A stretch of DNA of 64,000 bases from an uncultured Clostridia bacterium. Lineage in GTDB: Bacteria > Bacillota > Clostridia > TANB77 > UBA1234. The stretch spans positions 16,087 to 80,086 of the forward strand of contig CAKPOE010000003.1 of assembly GCA_934169745.1 (NCBI GenBank), in the 5' to 3' direction. Under the pieces are notes generated by a model. The model ran no database searches, was not told the DNA's origin, and was given only the letters and a program-made list of their open reading frames with translations. Positions 29,161-39,006 of this stretch are shown piece after piece. Position 1 is the stretch's first letter. Each line of letters begins with the position of its first letter. The translations under genes and the position numbers were made by a program.

Positions 29161-29635
29161 AGTTGCGGTATTCAATGCAACTGTAGTCTTTTGGAGGTGT
29201 CTGCTTTCGTGGTCTCTTAAAGAAGAGATATACTCTCGCAATTGTATTTGACAAGAGTAAGTCAGCAAGCAACAAAGCGGTATATACCACCCAGCGCGAA
29301 CCACCCTCACGGAGAAACATTCCCCAATAGGTAAAACGTGCACAAGTTCCGTCCCATCCACAAATCGTAAATCCACGTTCAAACTTATCGGTAATCCAAT
29401 AACCAAAAGGTAATTTGAAATCCGGATTGTTAACGATTTGCTGAGCATAGCCTTTGAAGTTATCCGAGCAGAAGGGGACAGCAAATCCCTCAAGAAAAAT
29501 CACTGCTAGTGTGAAAAAAATGAACAAACAAGCTGTGATCTTCCATTCCTTTACGCGCAATTCTTTCTGCTTTTTCTGCTTTCTTTTCCGCGACCTTCTG
29601 TGCATCTTTCGTGCCTCCTTATAAGTAGTATTCAT
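29156..29635 (-). CDS. Hypothetical membrane protein with a highly basic N-terminus; elevated GC
   Basis: 159 aa. RBS ggagg. KRKQKKQK stretch, then TM, then a Cys/Trp-rich domain (ICGWDGTCARFTYWGMF). GC about 42%. Confidence 0.45.
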   Translation of the reverse strand: MNTTYKEARKMHRRSRKRKQKKQKELRVKEWKITACLFIFFTLAVIFLEGFAVPFCSDNFKGYAQQIVNNPDFKLPFGYWITDKFERGFTICGWDGTCARFTYWGMFLREGGSRWVVYTALLLADLLLSNTIARVYLFFKRPRKQTPPKDYSCIEYRNY

Positions 29636-29724
29636 AGTACGTCTAATATATTAACATAATTTTAAGAAAATGTCAACGCGGCTTTGTATGCGAACACATT
29701 TTTGTATATTTTTTTGCAAAAGTA

Positions 29725-29753
29725 TTGACAAAGAATAAATGTTCGTATATTAT
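29725..29753 (+). promoter_or_regulatory. Promoter TTGACA-17-TATTAT with LexA/Cheo-like box GAATaaatGTTC (29733-29744) in the spacer
   Basis: Read directly. Architecture parallels the recA promoter in this window. One mismatch to GAAC-N4-GTTC. Confidence 0.5.
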
Positions 29754-29794
29754 AATTAATGTAATAAGAACAATTGTTTTGTGGAGGTATTTAT

Positions 29795-30067
29795 ATGAGA
29801 ATCAAAAATATGAAAAGATTTATTATTTCAATGACAATTATTTTAACATTTATTATTTTCTTATGTAGTGTTATAACTAATAAGGTTTTTTCACATGAGG
29901 AACCAAGCTATAAAACGATTACTGTTTCTAGTGGTGACACATTATGGGCAATTGCAAGTGAATTAGAGGGAAATATAAATGAAAACATTTATAATATAAA
30001 GAAATTAAATAATTTAGAAAAATCGAACTTATATGTTGGTCAGGAGTTATTAATTCCTATGATGTAG
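29795..30067 (+). CDS. Small TM + LysM-domain protein (YneA-like candidate SOS cell-division inhibitor)
   Basis: Start at MRIKNMKRF after the GGAGG RBS. 90 aa: N-terminal TM helix then a LysM motif (TVSSGDTLWAIASEL...YVGQELLIP). Confidence 0.65.
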   Translation: MRIKNMKRFIISMTIILTFIIFLCSVITNKVFSHEEPSYKTITVSSGDTLWAIASELEGNINENIYNIKKLNNLEKSNLYVGQELLIPMM

Positions 30068-30094
30068 CAAAATAGGGGACGCCAAAGCACCCCC

Positions 30095-31099
30095 TTAATT
30101 TTTATAATTGGCTAATGGATTATTTTCAATTGCTTGTCTTATTTGATAATTGTCTACATGCGTATATATTTCTGTTGTACCAATACTCTCGTGTCCCAAT
30201 ATTTCTTGCAAAGCTCTTACATCAACACCATTTTGATACATTAGCGTTGCAGCTGTATGACGAAGTTTATGAGTTGAATATGAACCTAATCCACATTCTT
30301 TTAAGTATCCTTTTATTATTGTTTGTACCATACGATTACTTATTCTTTTATTTCTTTCACTTAAAAACAAAGCATTTTTATCTGGTCCTGAAGATAATGT
30401 TGGTCGTACTTGCATATATTCACCAATTGCTCTTAAACAAGCTTTGTTTAAATATATCGTACGTTCTTTGTTTCCTTTTCCAATCACAGTTAGAAGACAT
30501 TCATCGAACTTGATATGATTTATATTTATGCCTACTAATTCCGATAAACGCATACCACAATTCAAGAATAGAGTTGTCATTGCATAATCTCGTGCAGCAA
30601 GGATTTGCTTTTTGTCGCTGATTTCTCCATCCTTCTTTTTATATTTATCGCCATTTTTGGTAACATCGAGTAATTTCTCACTTTCATTTAATGAAAGGTA
30701 TTTTGGCAATCGTTTTCCAATTTTTGGATTTTCAAGTTCCTTAGCCGGATCATCATCAATAATTTTTGCTTTTGAGTGTAAGTATTTAAAAAAGCCTTTT
30801 ATACTTGCTGACTTCCTTGCACGAGAAGTGGCCATATTATTACATTCATCCTTTAGAAAAGTCATATATGCATAAATATCGTTTAGCGTAATTTTATTAA
30901 GAAATTTCGCATCTATATCTTCAATTGAGTCAATATCATCAATTGTTAAGTTTTTATTTTTAAGTTTCAAAAGTTTCATATACTTTAAAAACCTAACCAA
31001 ATCATAGCGATATTCATTTATAGAATTTTTTGATTTATTCATATTTGCATTGTAGTTTAAATAATCAATCAAAACTTGTGGTAAGGCTTCATTTGTCAT
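30095..31099 (-). CDS. Tyrosine site-specific recombinase, XerC/XerD family
   Basis: 334 aa. Catalytic R..HxxR..Y context: LRHTAATLMYQNGVDVRALQEILGHESIGTTEIYTHV. Confidence 0.85.
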   Translation of the reverse strand: MTNEALPQVLIDYLNYNANMNKSKNSINEYRYDLVRFLKYMKLLKLKNKNLTIDDIDSIEDIDAKFLNKITLNDIYAYMTFLKDECNNMATSRARKSASIKGFFKYLHSKAKIIDDDPAKELENPKIGKRLPKYLSLNESEKLLDVTKNGDKYKKKDGEISDKKQILAARDYAMTTLFLNCGMRLSELVGININHIKFDECLLTVIGKGNKERTIYLNKACLRAIGEYMQVRPTLSSGPDKNALFLSERNKRISNRMVQTIIKGYLKECGLGSYSTHKLRHTAATLMYQNGVDVRALQEILGHESIGTTEIYTHVDNYQIRQAIENNPLANYKN

Positions 31100-31410
31100 A
31101 TAAATACCTCCTATACACTAATATAATAACATTGCACAAAACGAAAGTAAAGGTTGACTGTCAAAAATAGCGCTTTATGGCTCTTGTTTAATATTTCTTA
31201 TTATGGTAAAATGATGATGTTTAGGAGAGTGATAAAAATGATGCACACATTATGCAAATATGCAGATGAAACAAAAACAATGCGAATATAGTGTTTATTT
31301 TTGCTCTAATGAAAATGAAGTCTGGAAAAAAGGAGGCGTTTTTTGCTAAATCGTAGTACATTGGATCTCGTAGTAATTTTATAAAATTTATAATTACTAG
31401 GAGGTAAAAA

Positions 31411-32127
31411 ATGAATTATTTAAGAACAAAAAAATATGACAATAAATTAGTCAATGATAAGATAATGGGACCCAACCCATTAAAGTTAGAAGAAGAACTT
31501 ATGCAAAACAATATGACACCTGAAGGCTCAATCGTAATGGACCTAGGTAGTGGGCAAGGCATAACATCCGTTTTCCTTGCAAAGGAGTATGGCTTTAAGG
31601 TTTACGCCGCTGATTTATGGAGCGATCCAGAAGAGAACAGAAAATTCTTTAAACAAATGGGATTAACTGAAAATGAAATTATCCCTGTTAAGGCAGATGC
31701 TACAAATTTGCAATTTGAAAAAGAATTTTTTGACGCAGTTGTTAGTACAGACTCTTATAACTATTTTGGAAGAGATGAGAAGTATTTAGATGAAAAATTA
31801 TTACCATTTGTAAAAAAAGGTGGTTATGTTTATATTGTAATTCCAGGAATGGTAAAGGATTGCCATGATAATCTTCCAAAAGAGTTACTACTTTCTTGGA
31901 CACCAGAGCAATTGGAGTATATGCATGATATTGAATACTGGAGAAATATAGTATCAAAGTCAAAAATGTCGGAGATTATTTCAATAACAGAAACAGAAGG
32001 AAATGAAGAATGTTGGAATGATTGGCTTAAATGTGATAATGAATATGCAATAAATGATAGAAAAGCAATGGAAGCCGGTGGTGGCAAATACTTGAATTTT
32101 ATTGCCATAATTTTAAGAAAGAAGTAA
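31411..32127 (+). CDS. Class I SAM-dependent methyltransferase
   Basis: 238 aa. VMDLGSGQG motif I, ADLW acidic loop, DAVVSTD motif. Confidence 0.7.
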   Translation: MNYLRTKKYDNKLVNDKIMGPNPLKLEEELMQNNMTPEGSIVMDLGSGQGITSVFLAKEYGFKVYAADLWSDPEENRKFFKQMGLTENEIIPVKADATNLQFEKEFFDAVVSTDSYNYFGRDEKYLDEKLLPFVKKGGYVYIVIPGMVKDCHDNLPKELLLSWTPEQLEYMHDIEYWRNIVSKSKMSEIISITETEGNEECWNDWLKCDNEYAINDRKAMEAGGGKYLNFIAIILRKK

Positions 32128-32130
32128 TTG

Positions 32131-32165
32131 TAAGGCTGGCACTTTTGGTGCCAGCTTTTATTTTA
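32131..32165 (+). terminator. Terminator
   Basis: aggctggcac tttt ggtgccagct + ttttatttt. Confidence 0.7.
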
Positions 32166-32268
32166 TAACGGGATGTAAATTTGTTTCATATAAAAAATAT
32201 AAATGTAACTTAGATGTAACTTTGCCTAATGTATAATCTATTCGTAAATTGAGAAAGGAGTTTTTATT

Positions 32269-32940
32269 ATGGAAATATTAAAAGTTGAAAATTTAACTAA
32301 AATTTATGGAAAAGACATGGCTAAGGTTACAGCACTGGATAATGTGTCGTTTTCGGTTCAAAAAGGCGAGTTCGTTGCAATAGTTGGTGCATCTGGCTCA
32401 GGAAAATCGACATTATTACATATAATAGGAGGAGTAGACAGACCAACAAGTGGAAAAGTCTTTATTGATGGCAAAGACATATTCCAGTTTGATGATGACA
32501 AACTTGCAATATTTAGAAGAAGGCAAGTTGGATTAATATATCAGTTTTACAACTTGATTCCCATATTAAATGTGGAAGAAAACATTACTTTACCACTTGC
32601 TTTGGATAATAGGAAAATAGATAAACAAAAACTAGACGAAACAATAAAATTATTGGGATTAGAAAACAGAAAAAATCATTTACCAAATGAGTTATCTGGC
32701 GGTCAGCAGCAAAGAACAAGTATTGGTAGAGCGTTAATAACACGTCCTACAATTATATTAGCAGATGAGCCTACTGGAAATTTGGATTCGAAATCTAGTG
32801 ATGAAATAGTTGCTTTATTGAAAAAATCTAATAAAGATTTCAAGCAAACTATAATTATGATAACTCATAATATGGAAATAGCAAAATGTGCAGATAGAAT
32901 AATAAAGATAGAAGATGGAAAGATCGTTAAGGAGGTGTAA
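32269..32940 (+). CDS. ABC transporter ATP-binding protein (MacB/FtsE-type)
   Basis: 223 aa. Walker A GASGSGKST, LSGGQQQR signature, Walker B ILADEPTGNLD. Confidence 0.9.
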   Translation: MEILKVENLTKIYGKDMAKVTALDNVSFSVQKGEFVAIVGASGSGKSTLLHIIGGVDRPTSGKVFIDGKDIFQFDDDKLAIFRRRQVGLIYQFYNLIPILNVEENITLPLALDNRKIDKQKLDETIKLLGLENRKNHLPNELSGGQQQRTSIGRALITRPTIILADEPTGNLDSKSSDEIVALLKKSNKDFKQTIIMITHNMEIAKCADRIIKIEDGKIVKEV

Positions 32941-35595
32941 ATGATGGACTTGCTTAATTCCTTAACAATTAAAAATCTTAAGTTAAATAAAAAAAGGACA
33001 TTTGTTACTATAATTGGAATAATGTTGTCAGTTGCATTAATTACTGCTGTTGCGACAATGTATTCAAGTTGTATACAATCTTTAATAAATTTTGAAACAT
33101 ATCAGAAAGGAAATTTTCATGTAGCATTTTTTGATGTTCCAGTAAATGAAGTTGAAACGATTAGAAATAACCGTGGTGTAGAAGAACTTTATTTAACAAG
33201 CAATGTCGGATACTCAAAACTTGAAGATTCTAAAAATGAATATAAGCCTTATATATATGTAAGAGGCTTTACTAAACAAGCAATAAAAGAGTTATCTCTG
33301 AAGCTAGTAGAGGGTCGACTTCCAGAAAATGAAAATGAAATAGTTATTCCAACACATTTGAGAACAAACGGAAGAGTAGTATTAAATGTGGGAGAAACTA
33401 TAACTTTAAATGTGGGCACTAGAATGAGTGATGGTTATGAATTAACACAAGATAACAAGTTTTCTAAAGATGCAAACGAAGAAATAGTGAACACTACAGC
33501 TAAAACATATAAAATTGTAGGAATAATAGAAAGGCCTGCGAGCAATATAGAAAGTTATTCTGCTCCCGGATACACGTTTATTACATACATGGATGAGAAC
33601 AATATGAAAGATAAAGTAAACGTATATGCTAGATATACTAAAGATGGCTCAAAAAATTATGAAAAAGTAACTGCAAACATTTTAGGAATAAATGAAGATT
33701 TGTATGAAAGATACTTGAATGGAGAATTATCTAAAAAATATTTAGAGGGAGATAAGTTAGCAGACGAACAATTGTCAGAAATTGTAAAGCAATTGGCAAA
33801 TGCTAAATATACAGGAACTGTTAATCAATACTTGATTTTATTAGAGAATAACCCCCTTAACGAGCGAGGGTTAGGCAATTTAGGTATGATTGTTATAATA
33901 GCTTGTGCTATAATAGTTGTGACATCTGTATTTTGTATAAGAAATAGTTTTGATATTTCTATTACCGAAAAAATAAAACAATATGGAATGCTTAGAAGCG
34001 TTGGTGCAACTAAAAAACAGATAAGAAGAAATGTGTTTTTTGAAGCAACAATATTAGGACTTATAGGAATCCCTCTAGGATTAATTTTAGGTGCTTTTGC
34101 CTCATATCTTCTAGTTATTGTAAGTAATTTCTTCTTAGTGGATATGCTAACCCAAGGATTAAAATTAGTATTATCATACTCATGGGTTGCTATGCTAGTA
34201 GCTGTTCTTCTAGGATTCGTTACAATTTATCTTTCGGCATTAAAGAGTGCATATAAAGCTTCTAAAGTGTCGCCAATAGATTCTATAAGAAATAGTAGTG
34301 ATATAAAGATTAAAGCTAAAAAGATTAAAAGTCCAAAATTGATTGGAAAAATTTTTGGTGTTGGTGGTGATATTTCATATAAAAATTTAAAAAGAAACAA
34401 AAAGAAATATAAAACAACTGTAATATCTATTGTGGTTTCTGTTTCTATATTTATCGCACTTTCATATTTTATGAATGCAACATTTTCAGAAGTTAGTAGA
34501 ATGATAGGTGCAAATGATTATAATATTTTTCTTCAATATAATGTAACAAGAGATGAACAATATGGCTATATAGAAAAAATAACAAAGCTTGATAGTATAA
34601 AAGATTATTCTGTATGTAGAAACATAATGTTGTATTTAGAAGAACCAAAATTTAGTGAAGAATATCTATCATTATATGATACTGATGATATTGAATCGCT
34701 ACCAGCTAATGAAAAAGCATATAGCGTAGTTGCTATCGGAAAAGAACAATATGCTAAATATTTAAAAGAATTAAACTTAAATTATGAAGATTTTAAAAAT
34801 AAAGGTATTATTGTAGATTCAAATGAAGTACAATATTTAGACGATAACGGAAAAGCGATTACAAAATATATAAGAAAATATATGGATGACAAGAATGATA
34901 TTATATCTGGAAAGTATGACAATGATAAAGACGTAAGGCTTGACTTGAGTATAAATATAGGCTTAGTAACAAATCAATTTCCTTTTGGACTAACAAGAGA
35001 TATTCCATACATAGTTGTATCAGATGAGTTTTATAACAAACTAAATATTATGCCTGACAAAGTTTTTGTATATATGGATTCTTTCACTCCAGATAAACTA
35101 CAAGATGAAATTGAAGAAATTTTACTAAATGAAAGCTATAGCATCAGTAATATAAAAGAAAATGTTAAAATGATGAGACAATTATATATATTAGTAGGAA
35201 TTTTTCTATATGGATTTATTTTAGTTATATCATTGATAGGAATTACCAATATATTTAATACTATAACAACAAGCATGAATTTAAGAAGACAAGAATTTGC
35301 AATGCTTAAATCGATAGGAATGACCTCAAAAGAATTTAACAAAATGATTAGGCTAGAAAGTATATTTATGGGAGCAAAGTCATTGTTCTTCGGTGTTTTA
35401 ATAGGCATTGGAATTTCATATTTAGAATATAAAGTTTTAGCAGAAACACAAGGCCTACCATTTGATATACCAATGCTATCAATAATAATTTCAATAATTG
35501 TTGTATACCTATTGATTACAATACTTATGAAGTACTCTATGAAAAAGATAAGCAAGCAAAACACTATAGAAACTATAAGAAACGAAAACATTTAA
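32941..35595 (+). CDS. ABC transporter permease with two FtsX-like domains (MacB/BceB-like)
   Basis: 884 aa. Two 4-TM FtsX modules, each preceded by a large extracytoplasmic domain. Translationally coupled to the ATPase. Confidence 0.8.
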   Translation: MMDLLNSLTIKNLKLNKKRTFVTIIGIMLSVALITAVATMYSSCIQSLINFETYQKGNFHVAFFDVPVNEVETIRNNRGVEELYLTSNVGYSKLEDSKNEYKPYIYVRGFTKQAIKELSLKLVEGRLPENENEIVIPTHLRTNGRVVLNVGETITLNVGTRMSDGYELTQDNKFSKDANEEIVNTTAKTYKIVGIIERPASNIESYSAPGYTFITYMDENNMKDKVNVYARYTKDGSKNYEKVTANILGINEDLYERYLNGELSKKYLEGDKLADEQLSEIVKQLANAKYTGTVNQYLILLENNPLNERGLGNLGMIVIIACAIIVVTSVFCIRNSFDISITEKIKQYGMLRSVGATKKQIRRNVFFEATILGLIGIPLGLILGAFASYLLVIVSNFFLVDMLTQGLKLVLSYSWVAMLVAVLLGFVTIYLSALKSAYKASKVSPIDSIRNSSDIKIKAKKIKSPKLIGKIFGVGGDISYKNLKRNKKKYKTTVISIVVSVSIFIALSYFMNATFSEVSRMIGANDYNIFLQYNVTRDEQYGYIEKITKLDSIKDYSVCRNIMLYLEEPKFSEEYLSLYDTDDIESLPANEKAYSVVAIGKEQYAKYLKELNLNYEDFKNKGIIVDSNEVQYLDDNGKAITKYIRKYMDDKNDIISGKYDNDKDVRLDLSINIGLVTNQFPFGLTRDIPYIVVSDEFYNKLNIMPDKVFVYMDSFTPDKLQDEIEEILLNESYSISNIKENVKMMRQLYILVGIFLYGFILVISLIGITNIFNTITTSMNLRRQEFAMLKSIGMTSKEFNKMIRLESIFMGAKSLFFGVLIGIGISYLEYKVLAETQGLPFDIPMLSIIISIIVVYLLITILMKYSMKKISKQNTIETIRNENI

Positions 35596-35621
35596 GCAAT
35601 ATTTTTGAAGGGAATAATAGT

Positions 35622-36281
35622 ATGAATATTTTATTAGTTGAAGATAACATCACAATTGTTAAAGGCTTAACGTATTCTTTCGAAAAAAACAATTATAATT
35701 TAATATCTAAAAATACAGTAAATGATGCAAAGAACTATTTAAATAATAATTCTAATGTAGATTTGATTATATTAGATATAACTCTTCCTGATGGAGATGG
35801 TATAAAACTATTTGAAAATTTAATAAAAAACTTAAATATACCAACTATATTTTTGACAGCAAAAGATGATGAAGAAACTATCGTTAAAGGATTAACTATT
35901 GGTGCTGAAGACTATATTACCAAACCATTCAGCACCAAAGAATTGCTGGTTAGGATCAATAAAATAATGCTACGTTCAAAAAAACAAAGTATTGTTGTAG
36001 TCAAGGATATAAAATTTGATATGGACAAAATGATTGTCTACAAAAACAATGAAAAAATTAACCTTACTTCTTTGGAATTAAGTCTATTAAATTTGCTATT
36101 TGTAAATTTAAATAAGGTTGTTACAAGAAATACAATATTTGATACAATATGGGAAGTAACGGGAAATGATGTGGATGACCACACAATAACAGTATACTTC
36201 AAAAGGATCAGAGAAAAATTAGGAACAGATATTATAACTACAGTAAAAGGAATAGGATATAGAATAGATAATGAAAAATAA
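35622..36281 (+). CDS. Response regulator, OmpR/winged-helix family
   Basis: 219 aa. Receiver domain (LILDITLPDGDG, TAKDD) plus a C-terminal trans_reg_C. Confidence 0.85.
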   Translation: MNILLVEDNITIVKGLTYSFEKNNYNLISKNTVNDAKNYLNNNSNVDLIILDITLPDGDGIKLFENLIKNLNIPTIFLTAKDDEETIVKGLTIGAEDYITKPFSTKELLVRINKIMLRSKKQSIVVVKDIKFDMDKMIVYKNNEKINLTSLELSLLNLLFVNLNKVVTRNTIFDTIWEVTGNDVDDHTITVYFKRIREKLGTDIITTVKGIGYRIDNEK

Positions 36282-37488
36282 AGTTAAATTAAAGAGGTTT
36301 TTAATTAAGACAATATGGCTTTCGTTGTGTCTGATAGTTTTGTTCCTAGCTATCAACATATATGAGCAATACACTTACAAAAAAAATTATAACAGAAAAA
36401 TCGCACAGATAATATCACAAGTTAAAGAAGAATATCCAGATATAAACGACAATAAGCTAATGGATATAATTAATAACACTTGCACTAATGTATCATTGTT
36501 TAAGAAATATAGCATTGATTTAGAGAAGGATTCTTTAATATTAGAAAATGATAAAGAATATAAAAAATCATTACTAGTAAATACACTTTTCCTAATTGTA
36601 GCAATAGCAATATTAGTAACAGCGTTCTTAATTTTTAATAAAAATAAAGATGATGAGATAAATGAAATAACAAAATATATTGAAGAAATAAACAAGAAAA
36701 ATTATAAATTAAACATTGATGAAATGTCTGAGGATGAACTTTCAATATTAAAAAGCGAAATATATAAAACTACAATAACGTTAAAAGAAGCAGCAGAAAA
36801 CTCAAATAAGGAGAAATTACAATTAAAAGAAGCACTATCAGATATATCACATCAATTAAAAACTCCTTTAACATCAATTTTAATAATTTTAGACAATTTA
36901 ATTGATGATCCAAATATGGAGAATGATGTTCGAGAAGATTTTATAAGAGATATAAAAATGGAAATGACTAATATTTCATTCTTTGTTCAATCAATTTTAA
37001 AGCTATCAAAGCTAGATACAAATACTGTCGATTTTATTGAGGAAAAGGTGTATATAAAAGATATTATAGATGAAGTGTCAAAAAAGCTATCTATCCTATG
37101 CGATTTAAGAAACATAGAAATTGTAACGCTTATTAAAGAAGATGTACAAATAAATTGTGATTTTAAATGGCAAGTCGAGGCATTTTTAAATATAGTAAAG
37201 AATTGTATAGAGCATTCAAAAAATGATAGCAATATTTTTATTGAGGTAGATGAGAATAATGCATATTCCCAGGTTACAATAGAAGATAATGGAGGAGGCA
37301 TTGATGATGAGGATCTTCCACATATCTTTGAAAAATTTTATAAGGGGAAGAACTCTGATAACGAAAGTTCTGGCATAGGTTTATCATTATCGAAATCAAT
37401 AATAGAAAAAAGCCATGGTTATATAGATGTAGAATCAAAAGTAGGAAAAGGAACCAAGTTCATAATAAAGTATTTTAAATATAATTGA
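36271..37488 (+). CDS. Sensor histidine kinase
   Basis: 405 aa. Two TM; HisKA H-box LSDISHQLKTPLTSI; HATPase_c with DNGGGI and GIGLSLS. Confidence 0.85.
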   Translation: MKNKVKLKRFLIKTIWLSLCLIVLFLAINIYEQYTYKKNYNRKIAQIISQVKEEYPDINDNKLMDIINNTCTNVSLFKKYSIDLEKDSLILENDKEYKKSLLVNTLFLIVAIAILVTAFLIFNKNKDDEINEITKYIEEINKKNYKLNIDEMSEDELSILKSEIYKTTITLKEAAENSNKEKLQLKEALSDISHQLKTPLTSILIILDNLIDDPNMENDVREDFIRDIKMEMTNISFFVQSILKLSKLDTNTVDFIEEKVYIKDIIDEVSKKLSILCDLRNIEIVTLIKEDVQINCDFKWQVEAFLNIVKNCIEHSKNDSNIFIEVDENNAYSQVTIEDNGGGIDDEDLPHIFEKFYKGKNSDNESSGIGLSLSKSIIEKSHGYIDVESKVGKGTKFIIKYFKYN

Positions 37489-38458
37489 ATGGAAACTTAC
37501 AATTTATATAAGATTGGGGGTATAATATAGCCAAACAAAGGGCGGTTCACGGCTATTGTGGGCTGCCGAACGAAAACAATGAAAAATGTCAATATTAAAT
37601 CTAAGTAGGGAATAGGGAAATAGGCTATTTTTAGAAAAGTGTAAAAACAAAATTTTAAATTATAAAATAAAAAATTCTTAAAAACAAGAAAGGAAATTTA
37701 AATATTTAAAAATTTTGTTTAGAGTTAAAATTTTACATACGAACATTTGTTAGAATGCTCAAAAATGATTTTATATTATAATTTAATAATTTTTTATAAA
37801 TACTATATAATTTTAGATTACAAATCCATAATATAATTTTATAGTTGTGACACACTAAAATCGATTTTAAGGCATTTTTATATTCAATCAAGCAAATTAT
37901 ATAACTATGATTATATATGTTAATTTATAAATCTAGTGTTTATTATATAATTTTAGCAGAAATACTGATTCTTAATCATTTACAATAAATGCTTAATAAT
38001 TGTTCAAAAAACGACGCACGAGGATGCCCTAGAATCGATTTATAGAAATTGGGTAATGAAGTTATATTGACGAAATAAAAACTAATTGTCGTGAACCGAG
38101 GATTTTTAAAGAAATGGAGAGATATTTAAATAAAACTTCTAAATATGATTAAAATTAATTAAATATTACTAAATATAATAAAATTAGTGTAAATGAATTT
38201 CTAATATAGAGAAATATTAAAATTATATGTAACGTGTGACAAAAAAATAATAACAATAATTTAAAAATTGATAAAAAAAGAAAAGAAATAGCAACACTTT
38301 AAGGTCAATAATGCAAAATCTTGCAAATGTACCATTTTACGCGTTTTATTGCATACATTATTGTACAAAACTATTATTTTGTGCAATAAATATTTGCCTA
38401 ATATTTTGAAAAATGTTACGTTATTTATAATATTCTCCTCTATAATGATATATAAAAA

Positions 38459-38496
38459 AATCTATTGTATATTTATTTTTTACAATAGATTTTCTA
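38459..38496 (-). terminator. Terminator for the minus-strand gene 38505-38876
   Basis: aaatctattgta...tacaatagattt is a 12-bp perfect stem. On the minus strand it is followed by tttttttat. Confidence 0.65.
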
Positions 38497-38504
38497 TAGA
38501 ATCT

Positions 38505-38876
38505 TTATTTCTTTTTATCCGACTTTCCTGAACCGCCTTGCATTATTAAGTCTAAAACTAATAATGCAATAAATGCCACAACAATTGCGACAACCCATTT
38601 CGTCACTGGCGAACCAGCTTCTTTGATTTCCACTCCAGTGTTATTTTCTTGGTTATTTGCTACGTCTTCAAATTTTCCTGTAACATTTTCTGTAGTTCCT
38701 TTTATTCCATCAATTACATCTGATTTTATATTTATATCACTTTCTATGTAACTATTAACTATATTAGGTTGCCAGCTTATTTTGTTATATAGAACTAAAG
38801 CGATAATCGCAACACCAATCGCAATAAATATATTTTTCCATTTTTTCACAAGTAAATTTTTCATGTTATCCTCCAC
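38505..38876 (-). CDS. Small membrane protein with two TM helices
   Basis: 123 aa. RBS present. N-terminal and C-terminal hydrophobic helices. Monocistronic. Confidence 0.45.
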   Translation of the reverse strand: MEDNMKNLLVKKWKNIFIAIGVAIIALVLYNKISWQPNIVNSYIESDINIKSDVIDGIKGTTENVTGKFEDVANNQENNTGVEIKEAGSPVTKWVVAIVVAFIALLVLDLIMQGGSGKSDKKK

Positions 38877-39006
38877 TCTCTTGTTTTCACATAATATATT
38901 ATAATTCAGATTACATAATTTAACAAGTCTTTTTTTTATTTTTTTGATAATAATAATTATAGAACTTTATTATTTTTAAGAATTTTTATGTATTGGAGTG
39001 ATACGC

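Noticed and set aside
29689-29703. Second LexA half-site gcGAACacatttt upstream of the LysM gene promoter.
   Set aside because: Only the GAAC half is present. The partner at N4 is TTTT, not GTTC.
37489-38504. CRISPR array or tRNA genes in the large noncoding gap (and elsewhere in the window).
   Set aside because: No regularly spaced direct repeats of 25-40 bp. No GTTCGAATC/T-loop-like motifs or cloverleaf-compatible segments seen anywhere in the 64 kb.
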